From assembly GCA_000388065.2 (NCBI GenBank), contig KB932203.1: a stretch of DNA of 64,000 nt; one strand, written 5' to 3'. The notes under the pieces were generated by a model that was not told the origin of the DNA, did no database searches, and was given only the letters and a program-made list of their open reading frames with translations. This DNA comes from Fonticula alba ATCC 38817. Lineage: Eukaryota; Protista; Nucleariida. The position numbers and the translations under genes were made by a program. Of the stretch, positions 42,805 to 55,391 are shown piece by piece (the stretch's first letter is position 1; each line of letters starts with the position of its first letter).

Positions 42805-45800
42805 ATGCCCAAGCCCGACATTGACCAATGGTGTTACTCATGGCCCCGGTCCCGGCTTGGGCTGTTCGGAAGCAGGCTCCCCTGTGCCAGGGCGCTGCTT
42901 GCCCTGATCGGCCGCGTGGAGGATGAAACTCCGGCCGCGGCGCCCGACCCTGCGGGCGCGCATTGGCTGGCTCACAAGCGGCAGCATGCCATCCTGGCGT
43001 CGAACCCTGCATCCGACCGCGGTGGTGGTGTTCGAAGGCGGTCGACCTGGCCACTGTGGCTTGAAGGAGGCCCTCAGCGGACCGGACGCCGAGAGTGTCG
43101 ATGAGCGGGGCCCGGACGGCGAGGCGAAGCCCGGGCCCCGGCGGTGGCTGTTGCCGGCGCTGCTGTCCGGGCGCCGGTCGGGCGCCGGCAACCGCAAGCC
43201 CGAGGCCGCCCGAACCGCGCGGCTGGTGTGCCAGCTGGACCGGCTGGTGGTGCGCGGCCGGCTGGTCAGCCCGGCACTCATTCGGCGCATGCTCACCGGC
43301 CCGGCGGGCGCCAAAGCCGAGGTCCGCGCCCACCCCGCCGGCTTGGCGGAGGAGGCTGGCAATGCTCTCCCCGGTCCGGGGGACATCGACGACTGCATGG
43401 CCGAAGCGTGCGTCAATCCGTGGCCGGCCCAGTGGGGCGGCTGCTGCGCTCCCCGCCTCGCGGTGCCCCGCCCCGCCCCGTTGCCAATGCCTCCGCTCCG
43501 CCCCGCCCCCCCAAGACACTGACTCGCTGCCGGGCCCACCGGGCGCGCCACCCCCCCCGCCCCCAGCCGGCCGTGTGTCGCTCCTTCGCCCTGGATTGCC
43601 TTGATTCCGGAGAGCGAGACGGCCGACGTGTGCCGATCGCTGGCCACCATGCGGGCCTCCTTGGCCTTGGTGGGCGGAGGGGCGCCCATGTCTCCGGAGC
43701 CCGGCCTCTCCGACTGGGGGGCCGGGTGGGACTTGAAGGCCGTCTTCATTGCTCAGCGGGCCGGCGGTCCGGGAAGCTGGCGTGCCGAGGGCGCCGCCAC
43801 TACGGGGCCCTTTCCCACGGGCTCGGCCCCGCACCCCGGCTCACCGAGGGAGATTTCCTGCCCGGGGATTAGTCCAACAATGCCGTTTATCGAAATGAAG
43901 TGCGTCCTAGACCGGCCGGAGAGCGTGCTTGTGAGGGGCTGCCCTCGCACGAGGGGGCTCGAGGGTGACCATACCAGGCGGGCGGGCCGGCGGCCGGCAG
44001 CGTGCCTGGCTGCCCGAGGGGATCTTTCTTGCCATGCCCTCATGCCACCGGTCCCGGTGTACTGACCGTCAGGTATGTGTGCGTACGTGCGTGTGTATGC
44101 ATGTATGTATTGTATGTATGTGTGTGTGTGCATGTCCTCGCTCGGGGTAAATAGCGCCGACGAACTGGCAGCCTTGGACTCGGAGGTCCGCTTCCGAGCT
44201 TTGTCCGGAAGTTTTCTCTCGGTGCGTGGCGCCGCCACCGGCGCGGGAACATCGCGGCTCGGGACTGAGGCAAGGGGCGAAACTGACAGCCACATTGTGT
44301 GCCGCGCGCGAATCCCTGCGCCCCTCCTCGCCCACCCAGGTGGCCACTCGGATATCCAACCCCGGGAGACCGCCACCAACGCGATCGCCAAGCAGCACCC
44401 TGGCAAAGGCCCCCCTGGAGCTGAGTACCACGCTCGAGGGGGCAGCGGCTACCATGCGCATCATGATCCCCCTGATGCTTGTCCTCTTCCTGGTGGTCAT
44501 GCTGAAGGCCCTCCGCGCCGATGACACGCTCTACTATGAGGCCCGTGCCCATCGGCAGACCGGGGGACCGCTCGGCCCGGAGGGGCCCCCCCGGGGCCCC
44601 GGGCCTCAAGCTCGCCCCCGGCACCGGGGCCTGCCGCTCTTCAGTCGGGCGGTGTGCTGGCTGACCCGCGGCCTGCTCGGGGGCAATGGCCCAGCGCGGT
44701 CGAGCTACCGCTCGCACTTTGGCCTGTCCATGAGGCAGATCGCATCCATCCCCTTGAAGCCGCACTTTCCCCGCGAGGAGGATGGGGAGCCTCTCCCGGG
44801 GAGTGGCCTGCCTCCGGGCCTTGGGGCCTGGGGTACGTGTGCGGGGGCGGCTCTTCCTCATTGCTCCTTCTTCCGCCGGTGACCGCATTCTGCGCCCACT
44901 CGCCCATGCCCACTCGTGTGCACACCTTGGGGAGTAGGCAGGACATCTAACTGCAGCGGCGTCCCGGGTGCCGTGGCCCCTCCCTGCGGCGAATTCGAAC
45001 GGTCGGCGCCGGTGACCGCCGCCAGATGACACCTCCGCCAAGTACGACCCCTCCTCCCCAACGATGGCCCTTGTCAATGTGAACGAACATCGTCCCTAAT
45101 CAGCGCTCTCTTGCCCCCCTGGTGACGATGGCGGATGACGCCCAGAGAGCACTGCGCCATCTGCCAGGGACCTTTCTCCGAACCGTCCAGCCCCTCGGAT
45201 GAGGGGTGGGCCTTGGGGCCGCTCGTGGCGTCGGGCAACATGACTGATGTCCCGCGCGCCGGCCCTGCCGTGCATGGAGGTACGCCTGACTTCTCCTGGT
45301 AGACGGCCTGCAAGTGCCTGGAGCGCGGTCGGCCGCTGTGCAGAGGCCGGGCATCCACTCCGACTCCTGTGCCCCACCGGATGGGGACTGACCGAGCGCT
45401 CTCTTGGGCCCCGCCCTCCCAGGCTCCCTGCCCCCGGCATCACGCTCGCCAAGCAGGACACCCCTCGATGGCCAGCCCACCCCAGCCCCGGAACTTGGGC
45501 AATTCTACATCGTGGATCCTCTGGGCCCGGCAGTTGGGCACTTGGTTTTCGCCCACATGGGGGTCCCGCAAACCGCTGGCGACTACCGGCCACCGGAGCA
45601 CCATGGGTCAAATGCCCCCCGCCACCGGCGCCCGGCGTCCGCACACCCCCCCCCGGCGGACCTGCGGCCAAGCGACACATCGGCCCTCGAGCATGGTCAC
45701 CCGCCGGCGGCCGACGACCCGCCCGAGCGCCGGTGCATTTGGCTGCGCGAGCTCCCCTGCCAGCACTCCTTCCATCGGAGCTGCTCGGATGCCTGGCTCA

Positions 45801-45892
45801 GGACCTATGGTCGGGCGTGCCCCCTGTGCCGGGTCCCGGTCCTCGGCCGGCGTGGGATCCTGTCGCTGAAGGCGCCAGTCGCCTTGGGCTAG
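42805..45892 (+). CDS. Putative PA-TM-RING-H2 E3 ubiquitin ligase (RNF13/RMR/GRAIL-like); 5' exons poorly resolved
   Basis: TM segment MRIMIPLMLVLFLVVMLKAL near 44455-44515. CAIC at 45153, and LPCQHSFHRSCSDAWLRTYGRACPLC ending 45829. Weak PA-like segments upstream (LKAVFIAQRAG). Start and N-terminal exon boundaries are guesses. Confidence 0.65.
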
Positions 45893-46246
45893 NNNNNNNN
45901 NNNNNNNNNNNNNNNNNNNNNNNNNNNNNNNNNNNNNNNNNNNNNNNNNNNNCCTGGGGGTCTGGTGCCGGCGCCCTTTAGTTGGACCAAATGCACGTAC
46001 GCACGCGCGCTCACGCACCCGGGGGACATACCAACACACATATGCCAATATAAGATTTCGATGTATTTGTAGCATGTGCACTTTCCCCGAGCCAGAGGCG
46101 CGGTCGAGCGGGGGGGGTGAGGGGGGGGGGGGGATGCATGCCGAAGTGGCCGGGGCACGCCCGACGAGACCGCGGAATGTGGCTAAGCCGGCGATTCCCC
46201 TCTCTCGGGGGCGGCAGGGGAGGGGGAGAGGGCCCGAATCCGACCC

Positions 46247-46523
46247 TCAGTCACGCTTGCTGACCCGGCCCAGGTTATAGAGGTCCCGGTCGAACTGCCG
46301 GATGAAGAGCACATCACGGCGAATGAACTCATAGAATAGCAGCGAAATGGGGGCCGTCCAGGCATGCCACAGCGAATGTGCATCCAGCGTCCGGAAGAAG
46401 ATGGGCGGGAAGTCCAACAGCTCCAGCGTCATGCCGACGCTCAAAAGGACCAGGCAACCAATGCACTGGGAGGCAGGGAGTGGAATTGTGTGTTTTTGTG
46501 TTCGTGTGCGTGTGCGTGTGCGC

Positions 46524-46557
<34 letters not shown>

Positions 46558-48111
46558 ATATATGGAAAAGGAAAGGAGCAAATCAGAGGGGAACGGGGGG
46601 GGGGGACATCGTAACAGACGGGGCGTGTTAGGTGAGGAAATGGCGGCACCAAAAGGGCGGCCCTGTGCGTGCGCATGCGGTGGTCACGTACGAGCCAGAC
46701 GTGGCGCGCCGCACGGCGGTGCCGAAGCAGCTGGCTCGCGCCCCAAGAAATCCAAAGGACCCCGCTGACCGACACGACAACAACATTGGCCAGCATGTTG
46801 TACCCGTAGTCGAAGCTCACCAGGCCCAGGTAACCGATGTGCCCGAGGAAGAGGCAAAGCAAGAAGGCCGAGAAAAGCAGGTGGGGCCGGCCAGTTCGAA
46901 CCACCGGCAGAGCTCGCATACTGGCATGGTACACCGAGCACAGGGACCAGGCGGTGGCGCTGCGCACGAGAGGAACCAAGACAGGGGGGAAGGTGGTGGG
47001 AGACACCCGGGTCGACACCGTGTCAGACACAAGGGGGTGCGCTCCCCCCCCCCTGCGGGAGGAGACGGCTCAAAAGGAAACACACCTGAAGTAATCCAAA
47101 TACTCGGTCCACCAGAGATCGCGAGTGTGGAAGACCGCGCTCCAGAGCCAGGTATTCAGCCCGACCAGCGTGTAGAGAGCCTGGGCTCGCCAGAGGGGGT
47201 TGCTTGTGGAGAGGCGCAGGTGGCCAAGCCCACAGGCAGGCGCGTCCCCCCCGCCGGCCATCGGCCCATCTCCCGGGCTCACAGGGGGCAGGTAGGTGGT
47301 GTAGGGCGCCGGGCGCTGGAGGACACCGAGCGGAGGAGGCGCACCGGCCTTACCGCCGGCCAGGCAGACCCGGTCGACCCCTGGGCGTTGGCAGGCCACC
47401 CCCGGCGGCCAGAGCGGCTCTTCCGCAGGGCGAAGCTCGCCCAGGCGCTTGGCAGGGATTCCCCCACCGGCCGAGGAGCGCTGGCGATGCCGCCGGCGTC
47501 GTGCCCACCCCCAGGCCCACCACCGCCGGCACCAGCCCAGCAGTGGAACTGGCGCGCCGAGGAGGATGGTCAGGAAGTTGGCCACCGAAAACAGCACAGA
47601 GGCTGGCTCCTGCATCAGAAGCAGACGCCGCAATGGCCACTTCCCATGGTACTGGTGCACGCGCGGCGGGTGGGGCGGCCGGCCGCTCGGATTCGACGGG
47701 TCGCCCCTTTTCCAGAGGGCCATGGCCGCCTGGTAGTCAAGCTGATCACGCTCGACGATGGCACTCATGCAGTCATACCGGCACAGGGCGTCCCGATCCC
47801 ACAGGAGGAGGCGGTAGGGCCTGGCGGTCCGGTGGGCAGACGCCGCGAGGGCGAGTGAGTGAGAGGGGCAGCACCGGCAAGCATCCACCAGGGGGAGGTG
47901 GTGGCTCGAAGCAAAGGAGGGCGACGGCATGAGGGGACAATCACACGCACAGGCTAATTTGGTCATATATGTTGGACTTGTTGCACTCACGCACACAGTT
48001 CCGGAAGCGCGGGTCGATGTCCCCGCTGGAGGCCACAGCCAACCCCATCAGGCCAAGCAGCAGCATGAGCACCAGGCAAAGGCGCCCGCCTCGCCGGGGA
48101 GAGGGCACCAT
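46247..48111 (-). CDS. PGAP3: Post-GPI attachment to proteins factor 3 (PER1, GPI phospholipase A2, CREST family)
   Basis: Signal peptide followed by ASSGDIDPRFRNCV, then W...C.YDCM, QYHGKWPLRR...QEPASVLFS, NTWLWSAVFHTRD...TEYLDYF and LELLDFPP....DAHSLWHAWT. Confidence 0.95.
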
Positions 48112-49104
48112 GGCAAGGTCGGGGAGAGGATCGGAGAGGGATTGTGCCTCTCTCTCTCTCTCTCTCTCTTTTGATCCCGGTCTGGCGAGAGGAGAAACAG
48201 GTGGAGAATGGAGGAGATGGAGAGGGTGGGTAGAGGGGCAAAAGGGCGCGGAGGGGGGGCCATTGAGCTGGCAGATTCATCTGGCCCGAGAGTAGGGGTG
48301 TTCGGCATGATGGGTCCCCTTGTCAGGTGTCGGCAGGCAGGCGGAAGGCTGATCGCCCCCCNNNNNNNNNNNNNNNNNNNNNNNNNNNNNNNNNNNNNNG
48401 GGACTGTCCTCGCGTCTCGGAAGACGGCGAGGTGGCCCCCTGGCGCATGCACCCTCGCACCTGGCGTTGATTACTCCGCACCAACGCCTGACAATGAGTC
48501 AGAAAGCTCTAAACCCATCCAAATGACATTCTTTGTATCACATGGATGTCTCTTTAGGTTTGTCGGCCCGGCGCCAGTCGGACACTGTGGCCAACCACCG
48601 AGGCCCGGCCCGCGCCAGCTCCGTTCAGGCCCCCTGTTGTTCGGGGAGAGGCGGGCGGGCTTAGACAACACTCGCCCCGAGCCGATGGCTGTCGGCGTGA
48701 TTCCGCACAAGTCACGGGCCGTATGTCGCGCTGCCCTGCCCCCGGAGAAACTCCGGCCATCTTCCCTCCTTTTGGCCCGCCCCCCCCCCTCAGGTGGGGA
48801 GAGTGGCTCGGGCGTTGTTGGAACCACGGAGAGACGCCTTTTTTTTTTCCCCCTCACGCGTGCCCCGCATGCTGTGGCCATGCCTCCGCCGTCGTGTGTT
48901 CTCCTTTTTCCGCCGCCGCTGCGCCCGCCCGGGGGGCTGTCAGGCGCGCGCCCCGTTCCCGACATCACTCCTCCTCTCCCTGTTTCCTCCTCCCTCGCTG
49001 CCCTCCTTTACATCACCCGACCCACTTCCCTCTCCCATCTGTGGTGAACCCTCTGGCTGCCCGCCCACACCTCCTCTCCTCTCCTCCTCCGGGCCGCCGC
49101 TAAA

Positions 49105-49157
<53 letters not shown>

Positions 49158-49158
<1 letters not shown>

Positions 49159-49315
49159 CTCTCCCGTTGGCGTGCACGCCCGGCATACCAATGCCGGCTC
49201 TCCGGCTTCCCGGGCTCTGGCGGACGCCTGCCCGCCCTGTGGGCGCTCGCCGCGCGCATACACACACACAGGCACCAAGACACGCCCCGGTTATGAACAC
49301 CCGGGAGCATGTCCA
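49158..49315 (-). repeat. 158-bp dispersed structured repeat, copy 1
   Basis: Reverse complement of 63314-63471 with 3 substitutions. Flanked by C51 on one side and a C run on the other. Confidence 0.95.
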
Positions 49316-50008
49316 CCCCCCCCCCCCCCCCTGCACACTCACACACACACGAACGGTGGGCGGGGGAGGAGAGGGCCAAGATCAGAGATTCCCAGGCCAA
49401 CGACGCCATCAGCCCGGACGGCCAACTTCCCCCGGAGCCCCCGGCCGAAAAAAACAGCCTGTCCTGGCGGCTCTCCCCGGCTCGGGGTTGCCCCTTCGGC
49501 CTAGTTCAGCCGCCTGCCCGCGCCCCCCCCCCCCCCGCAGTTGGACACCGGAGATGGTCAATCGGCGGAGGCAGATTGTACAATCGCGATCGGCTTGGTC
49601 ACGTGGGGGATCATGCGCCGCTCGGCCGTGATGCGGCACGCCTCATCGCACCCCACTTTCCTCCGGCCCGCCTCCCTGTTCCAGTCCGCTGCTCTTGCTG
49701 CCTGTGCCCCTGCACGAATGGGTCCTATATTATGCACCGCCGCCATCATCGGCGGCATGGAGTTCTATGTAAAAGTGAATCTCGGAAAAGTATTGAGGAA
49801 GGATGCCTGCCCGCGTGTCTGTGTGTGTGTGTGTGTGTGTGTGCCTGAGAGCGCATGTGCCCATGCGTAGACGCATGGCGGAGACTGTGCGAGGCAGCTT
49901 GCCTTCTGGAAGCAAAGGCTCAATGTCTGCATTGTATGTGTGTTTGGGTCTAACAACTCAGAGAGTTGTACATGTGTGTATGTCTATGTGTGTGTGTGTG
50001 CACGCGTG

Positions 50009-50054
<46 letters not shown>

Positions 50055-50192
50055 AGGGAGGCGATCCGGGGGATGAGGGAACAAAAATGGATGGACACCC
50101 TCCGAAGGAGCGTAGGCGCGAGATGGGGCAGAGGGAAGGGCGTGGCAAGGTGTATGGCTACCCATCTTCCCTCTCCTTGTTGCTGTCCTCTC

Positions 50193-52689
50193 TCAGCGCT
50201 GGGCATTGGCCACAACCCGGCCTCGACGGGAGAACACCACGAAGAAGAGGATAAATCCGACGCAGGCAAAGCCAATTAGCATGGCCGACAGGCCGCCGAG
50301 GGCAAACATCGCATGCACGGCCCGGTCATGCCGACTGAGCATGAACTTAACCCGGTCCGAGCAGGCCACCACCTCCGGCAGAGGGCTCGGACTGCCAGGC
50401 GGTTCAGGACGGCTACCTCCGGGACGACACTCTGGACTCGGGGCTGGCCGATCATCGGGAACAAGCATGCCACAGCAGTCAAGCTAGGTGTGCGTGTGTG
50501 CGTGTGTGTGTGGGGGGGGGGGGGTATGTGGACAGGCACAGGGGTGTGTCAGTATATCATGGACCGTCACATCTGCGCCCGCCGCCCCAACTGTCACACT
50601 CTGGACATGGGCGACAAGGGCAGTACATGGGGAGGCACGCATGCGCACAAGGGGACCGCCCCTTGTATGGTCCCCATCATGCACAGCGGCTCCAGGGCAG
50701 AAGATTGGCGTCCTGCCGCCGGCACGTACCCTTTCCTGAACAAAACCGCGCACCGGGACCGGGAGTTTGTCCCAGATTTCGCTCATGGTAATGTCGATCT
50801 GGGAGATCTCCTGCTGGTAGATGTTCCACCCTGCCGTCAAGCCGACAATGACCGCCACACAGACCATCGATGTCTACGGGAGGGGGTGAGGGGGCCGGGG
50901 GCGTCGGCGGAGGTTATCAAACGCACATAGGGCCATCGCTGTTAGGTTCCCCGGCGGACGTGCAAGCGGCCATTTGTCCCCCCCCCCCTCCTGCCCCCGT
51001 GCCAGCTGCTCCCTGTGGAGCTCAGTCCGTGCCCCCCTCCCCCGCAGGAAGGGGGGAGGAACCCCTGGCCGAGGCTGAATACACCAAGCATGTCCGTACC
51101 AGCAGAATGATCAACAAATTCAGGTAGCGGTTGGTCAAGCGCGCTTCCATGATCATGACCTTGGTGGTCTTGGCCAGGCCGCGGGCCGTGTCCCCGGCAT
51201 CGGGCGATTCACCATGCAGCAAGGGACCCCCCGCGGCATCCAGCTCAGCCAGGGTGGCCTGGGGGTTCCGAGCGCTGACGGAAACATGATTCGAGCCAGC
51301 TTCCAGGGGAGCCACCTTGCGTGCAAGGTACTGCGCTTCCTTGCACATGTTAAGGCCGCCCGGAGGGTTGATCCCGCCATCGCCATCGGAGGGGCGGCAC
51401 ACAGCACCAGGGCCGCCTGCCGAGGGTGCCTCGAAATCCATGGACCCCGACATCATGAGCAGGTCTTCGGAACTATCCGAGCAGCCGGTACTTCCGCCGG
51501 TGGACGTGAGCGCCGAATCCACGCCCAGCGACGCCACCGGGGGGAGTGCCCTCCGGACGCCGCCCCGGGGGACCATGACGGTTTTGAGGCAGCCGGCACA
51601 GGCCCCAGCCTCCAAGCCCGGGCCGCCCCCGGCAGTGGTGTTGATCGAGAACTCCGCACACCGACACGCCTCCTCGCCGGCCAGGGCATCCGCCTGCTCT
51701 TGTGCCAGGGCAGCCCCGTGCTCTTCCTCTTCCTCCTCCTCCTCCTCAAGGTCTGTCTCCACGGGGCACCGCGTGACGCTGGACTCAAGTCGGCGCTTGA
51801 TCAGCCGGCTGATTTTGCTGATGGAAAGCATGCCCGCCGCGGCCAGCATCCCGCCGACCATGGTCAACAGGGCCCCCATGCGGGCCAGCAGGACAGCCGC
51901 CGGCAGGGGCTCCAGCGTTCGATGGCCGAGGGCCGTCCACGCGCCGATGGACATGCACCCAAGCCCGGCCAGAGCACCCAAGGCCAACAGCAGGCGAATG
52001 AAGAAGACACACACCCGGTAAGCGACATGGTCCTCCTGCAGACGATAGCGCGATTGCCCGGCGGCCAGGCCCTCGGACAGGGGATGCCGGTCGCCAAAGT
52101 ACATGACAAACTCGGAATTGAGCCAGAGGCTGTCGCCGGGGCCGCGGCTGCCGTCACCGGCGCCGGTGGCCCCCGGCCCGGTGGATCCACCAGCCCCAGG
52201 CGGGAAGTCATCGCCCCCCGGCCAGAGTGCCGGGCTGATGAAGGGCGCCGTGGCGGCCGGCGGGCAGTCGCCCGCGCGGCTGGTTGCACTTCCGCGCCGA
52301 CTGCGCCCGGTGGATGTGCTTGCCCCGGTGCGGGGTGTACTCGGCGCCCGGGCCGGGGTGGCCGGCTGCAGAAGGGGCCGGCCCTCATCGGCATCACTGT
52401 CACACTCGGTGTCGGCCCCGGGCGCGGCCGGCTCCCGGCATGGGGGATGCTCCGCCCAGCGGGCTTGCCCATGGCCAGGCGGCATCTTATGCCCGGGCCC
52501 CGAGGTGCCGGGCGGCTGCCCTTGGCGGTCCAGGCCCACATCGAGAGTCGGGCTGGCCAGCGAATCAACAGACGCCAGCAGGGGCCCGGGCGTGGCGGGC
52601 GCCGCTGGCGGCTGCGTGGTCGACCCCTTCTCCGGGCTGGCAGTCCGTATGGACTGGGTCAGGACGCTGATCCAGTTTCCGGTGGTCAT
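50193..52689 (-). CDS. Tetraspanin-family protein with long N-terminus and expanded intracellular loop
   Basis: Exons 52689-51100, 50873-50730 and 50483-50193 splice in phase 0. Four hydrophobic helices. The large extracellular loop carries VQER|LDCCG plus two further Cys (PECRP, VACSD), followed by TM4 and a short basic tail. An upstream exon is possible. Confidence 0.8.
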
Positions 52690-55359
52690 TGCCTGGCTGC
52701 TTGTGGAGGGGTGGCAAAAGGCGAGACGCGGATCAGCGTGCATGCACGGGGCGTCAACCGGCACTCAGGCGTGGTACAGGGGGCAGGGAGGAGGAGGAGG
52801 AGAAGCAGCAGCAGCAGCAGCAGCAGCAGCGGGCAGCACCAAAGAACATACCCTTCTCGCAGGAGGGAAGCTCGGTGGCTCCAAGCGGCAAGGGAGGGTC
52901 GGTGGGGAGAGAGCACACACACACACACACACACACGGCCGGACACCTCGTCCCCAGGTTGCCGAATCCCGGTCACGAAGGAGCGTATCCACGGGGAGGG
53001 CGGCGGGCGAAGAGAGGGGGAGGACTGAAGCCGCCAGGCAAAATGACAAGGCCAGCCAAGGTACCAATAGCTAGACAGGCCCAAGCCCACAGGCACAGCG
53101 TGCGTCTGGTGCAGAGAACAGGAGCAGTGAGGCGAGGCACAAAGAAGAGGGAAGGGGGGGGGGGGGACAGGAAGCACGTATGCGAGTGTCCCCTTGCTGC
53201 TGTGTGTGCGCCAGCGATCGGGGCCTTTTTTCTTCGTCCCTCCCTTGCCCGAGCCCCCCTTGCCCCCGCCTGCGGCTCTGCTCCCTCGCTTCGGTGTGGG
53301 GATTTGCCTCGTGCCTCGGCACAGCTTACACGCCCGCTGTCAGGCATTATACCGGCACGGGCCCGATCCGGTGAAGCTGCCGGCGGCTCGCCGTCCAGCA
53401 TCGCGGGAGGGCCGGGCGCGCGAGGGGCGCGAGGGGCGCCAGAGAGAGATAATCCGCGCGGCCGACGCCGTACAAGGGGGCCAGCCAGCTGGGGTTGGGG
53501 GGAGATCGCGTCTCGATTGTGGGCGGTGCGGGGCACTGCCACTTCCCTCCGACGCCTGCCATGTGAACATGCCCAAGCAGTGTGGCGATCATAGCCCCGG
53601 GTGCGTCGTAGCCGGAACCAGGCCGCGGCTTGTGTGTGCGCATGGTTGTGCGAGTGCTCCGTGGCATGGGGCTCCGGAGCCGCGGGGGGGGGAGGGGGGG
53701 GGGGGGGGGCGGGGGGGAGGCAGGGGCATCCTCAGTCGCAAATGCTCTCTTCCATGCGCCGAGCTCGATGACGCTCAACGCAGGGACGACCGGGCCCGCG
53801 CATGGCCCCAGCATCCCGGCAGAGGTACACTGCTGCGCAGGTACGCCCGTCACCGATCCTCCCGAGTGCTGACGAGAGAATACGAGGTGGGCAAGCTGCG
53901 CGGGTATCCGGCTCCGAATACATCCTCCCCACGGGTGGGACGACAAAGACACTGACGAGCCACCTGCGAGTAAGATACATCCGTGCCCGGGGCGCGAGGG
54001 GGGGCATCAAACCGTTCATGGCCAACATTCCGCGTGGGAAACCTCGCAGCCCATTCCCAAGGCTATCAGGTGTAACGCCAGGGGGGGGGGAGGGGGGGGC
54101 GGGGATGAAGGAGGCAGCACTGGTGTCCTTGAGGAGTTCGGTGCAGCCGCATGTACTCACGGGCGAAGCCGCCCCACCAAGACATTCGGCCATTGCGCCG
54201 GCACGATCGGCCGTCCGGTTGGGCAACGCGTGGATCGGGGCTGGGCTCCTCGCGGAGATGCAGCGACCCCCACACATAGGCCCCAGGCCCGGGACCTAGC
54301 GTGGAGGGGCCTCCCATGCCCTCCCCCGCCCCCCCCCCCCCCCGCCCGATGGCTCGTCGGCCCCCTGTCGCCCAGACGCCCTGCCCCTACTCGCCATGAG
54401 GCCAAGAGGGATTCCCAATTGCATGTGGCATCGAAACGACATGCCTCGTCGGCTCCGACGAGAAGGCCGGGGGCGAGGGCGGGGGGGGGGGGGGCGCGGA
54501 TCGACCATACGGACACCCGTGTGTGCTGCTGCGTGAAAGCGTGTGAGTCACCACCCCATACGCACAGGCGCTGGGGCTGGGGAAGGTCGTCGGGCGGCGG
54601 AATGAAGAAGCCAGAGAATCGGGCGTGAATGCGGGTGACTGCATCGGCGGCGGCCTCCTCCCCCACAACTACATCACCCCGCCTGGGTGGCCCCGTGGGG
54701 TTTTGCTCGACGGCGCCTTCAACCCGAAGGGCTGTGCGTGTTCCGTGCGCGTACGTGGGTGTGTGTGTGTGTACGGGGGGGGGGGGCGGGAGGGGGGAAC
54801 AAGAGGAAGAGAGGGGCAGAGGGGGGCAGAGGAGGCGTGGCCTTCGGTGAGCCTTCGACCGGAGTCCGACGAGCCCGCAGGCGGGGTAGCGCGGGGAAAG
54901 GGGCGCAGAGGGGGGCGACGGTGGAGTGTTTTGAATGGGCCTTCCGTTGGTGGTTTTCCTACTTCCCGGGTCCATGGGGCTGCCCGGGGCGCGCGTGCGT
55001 ATGTGCGTGTGCCTATGCGCGCGCACGCGCGCGCGCGCGGAGAGGAGGGGCAGGGGGTCAGTTATCTCCCTGCTCGGCACATGGCCACGCGCCGGGGGCA
55101 GGCTTTTCGCCCGACGGCTGGTCTCGGTCAAGGCTCGCTGCTCCGCCTGACGCCCCGGCCGCGGCTGCAGACCGCCGTGGGGGGGGGGGGGCCAGGGGAG
55201 GAGGCCTGCCGGCCTGAGGCGGTGGCGGCTCTCGGAGCCAGCAGCGACAGGAGGATCAGCAGGACGAGGCCCGGCGGTGGCGTCGTGTGCGCCGCTTCCC
55301 ACGGGCACGTACGTTGGCACTGGATTGTGTATTTCCCCCTCCCCCCGGACACCGCGCAG

Positions 55360-55391
<32 letters not shown>

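Noticed and set aside
51214-53028. 604-aa + strand ORF, and similar long antisense ORFs 32455-33849 (+), 28328-29479 (-), 60110-61288 (-)
   Set aside because: Shadow frames opposite real GC3-rich coding exons, with no motifs of their own.
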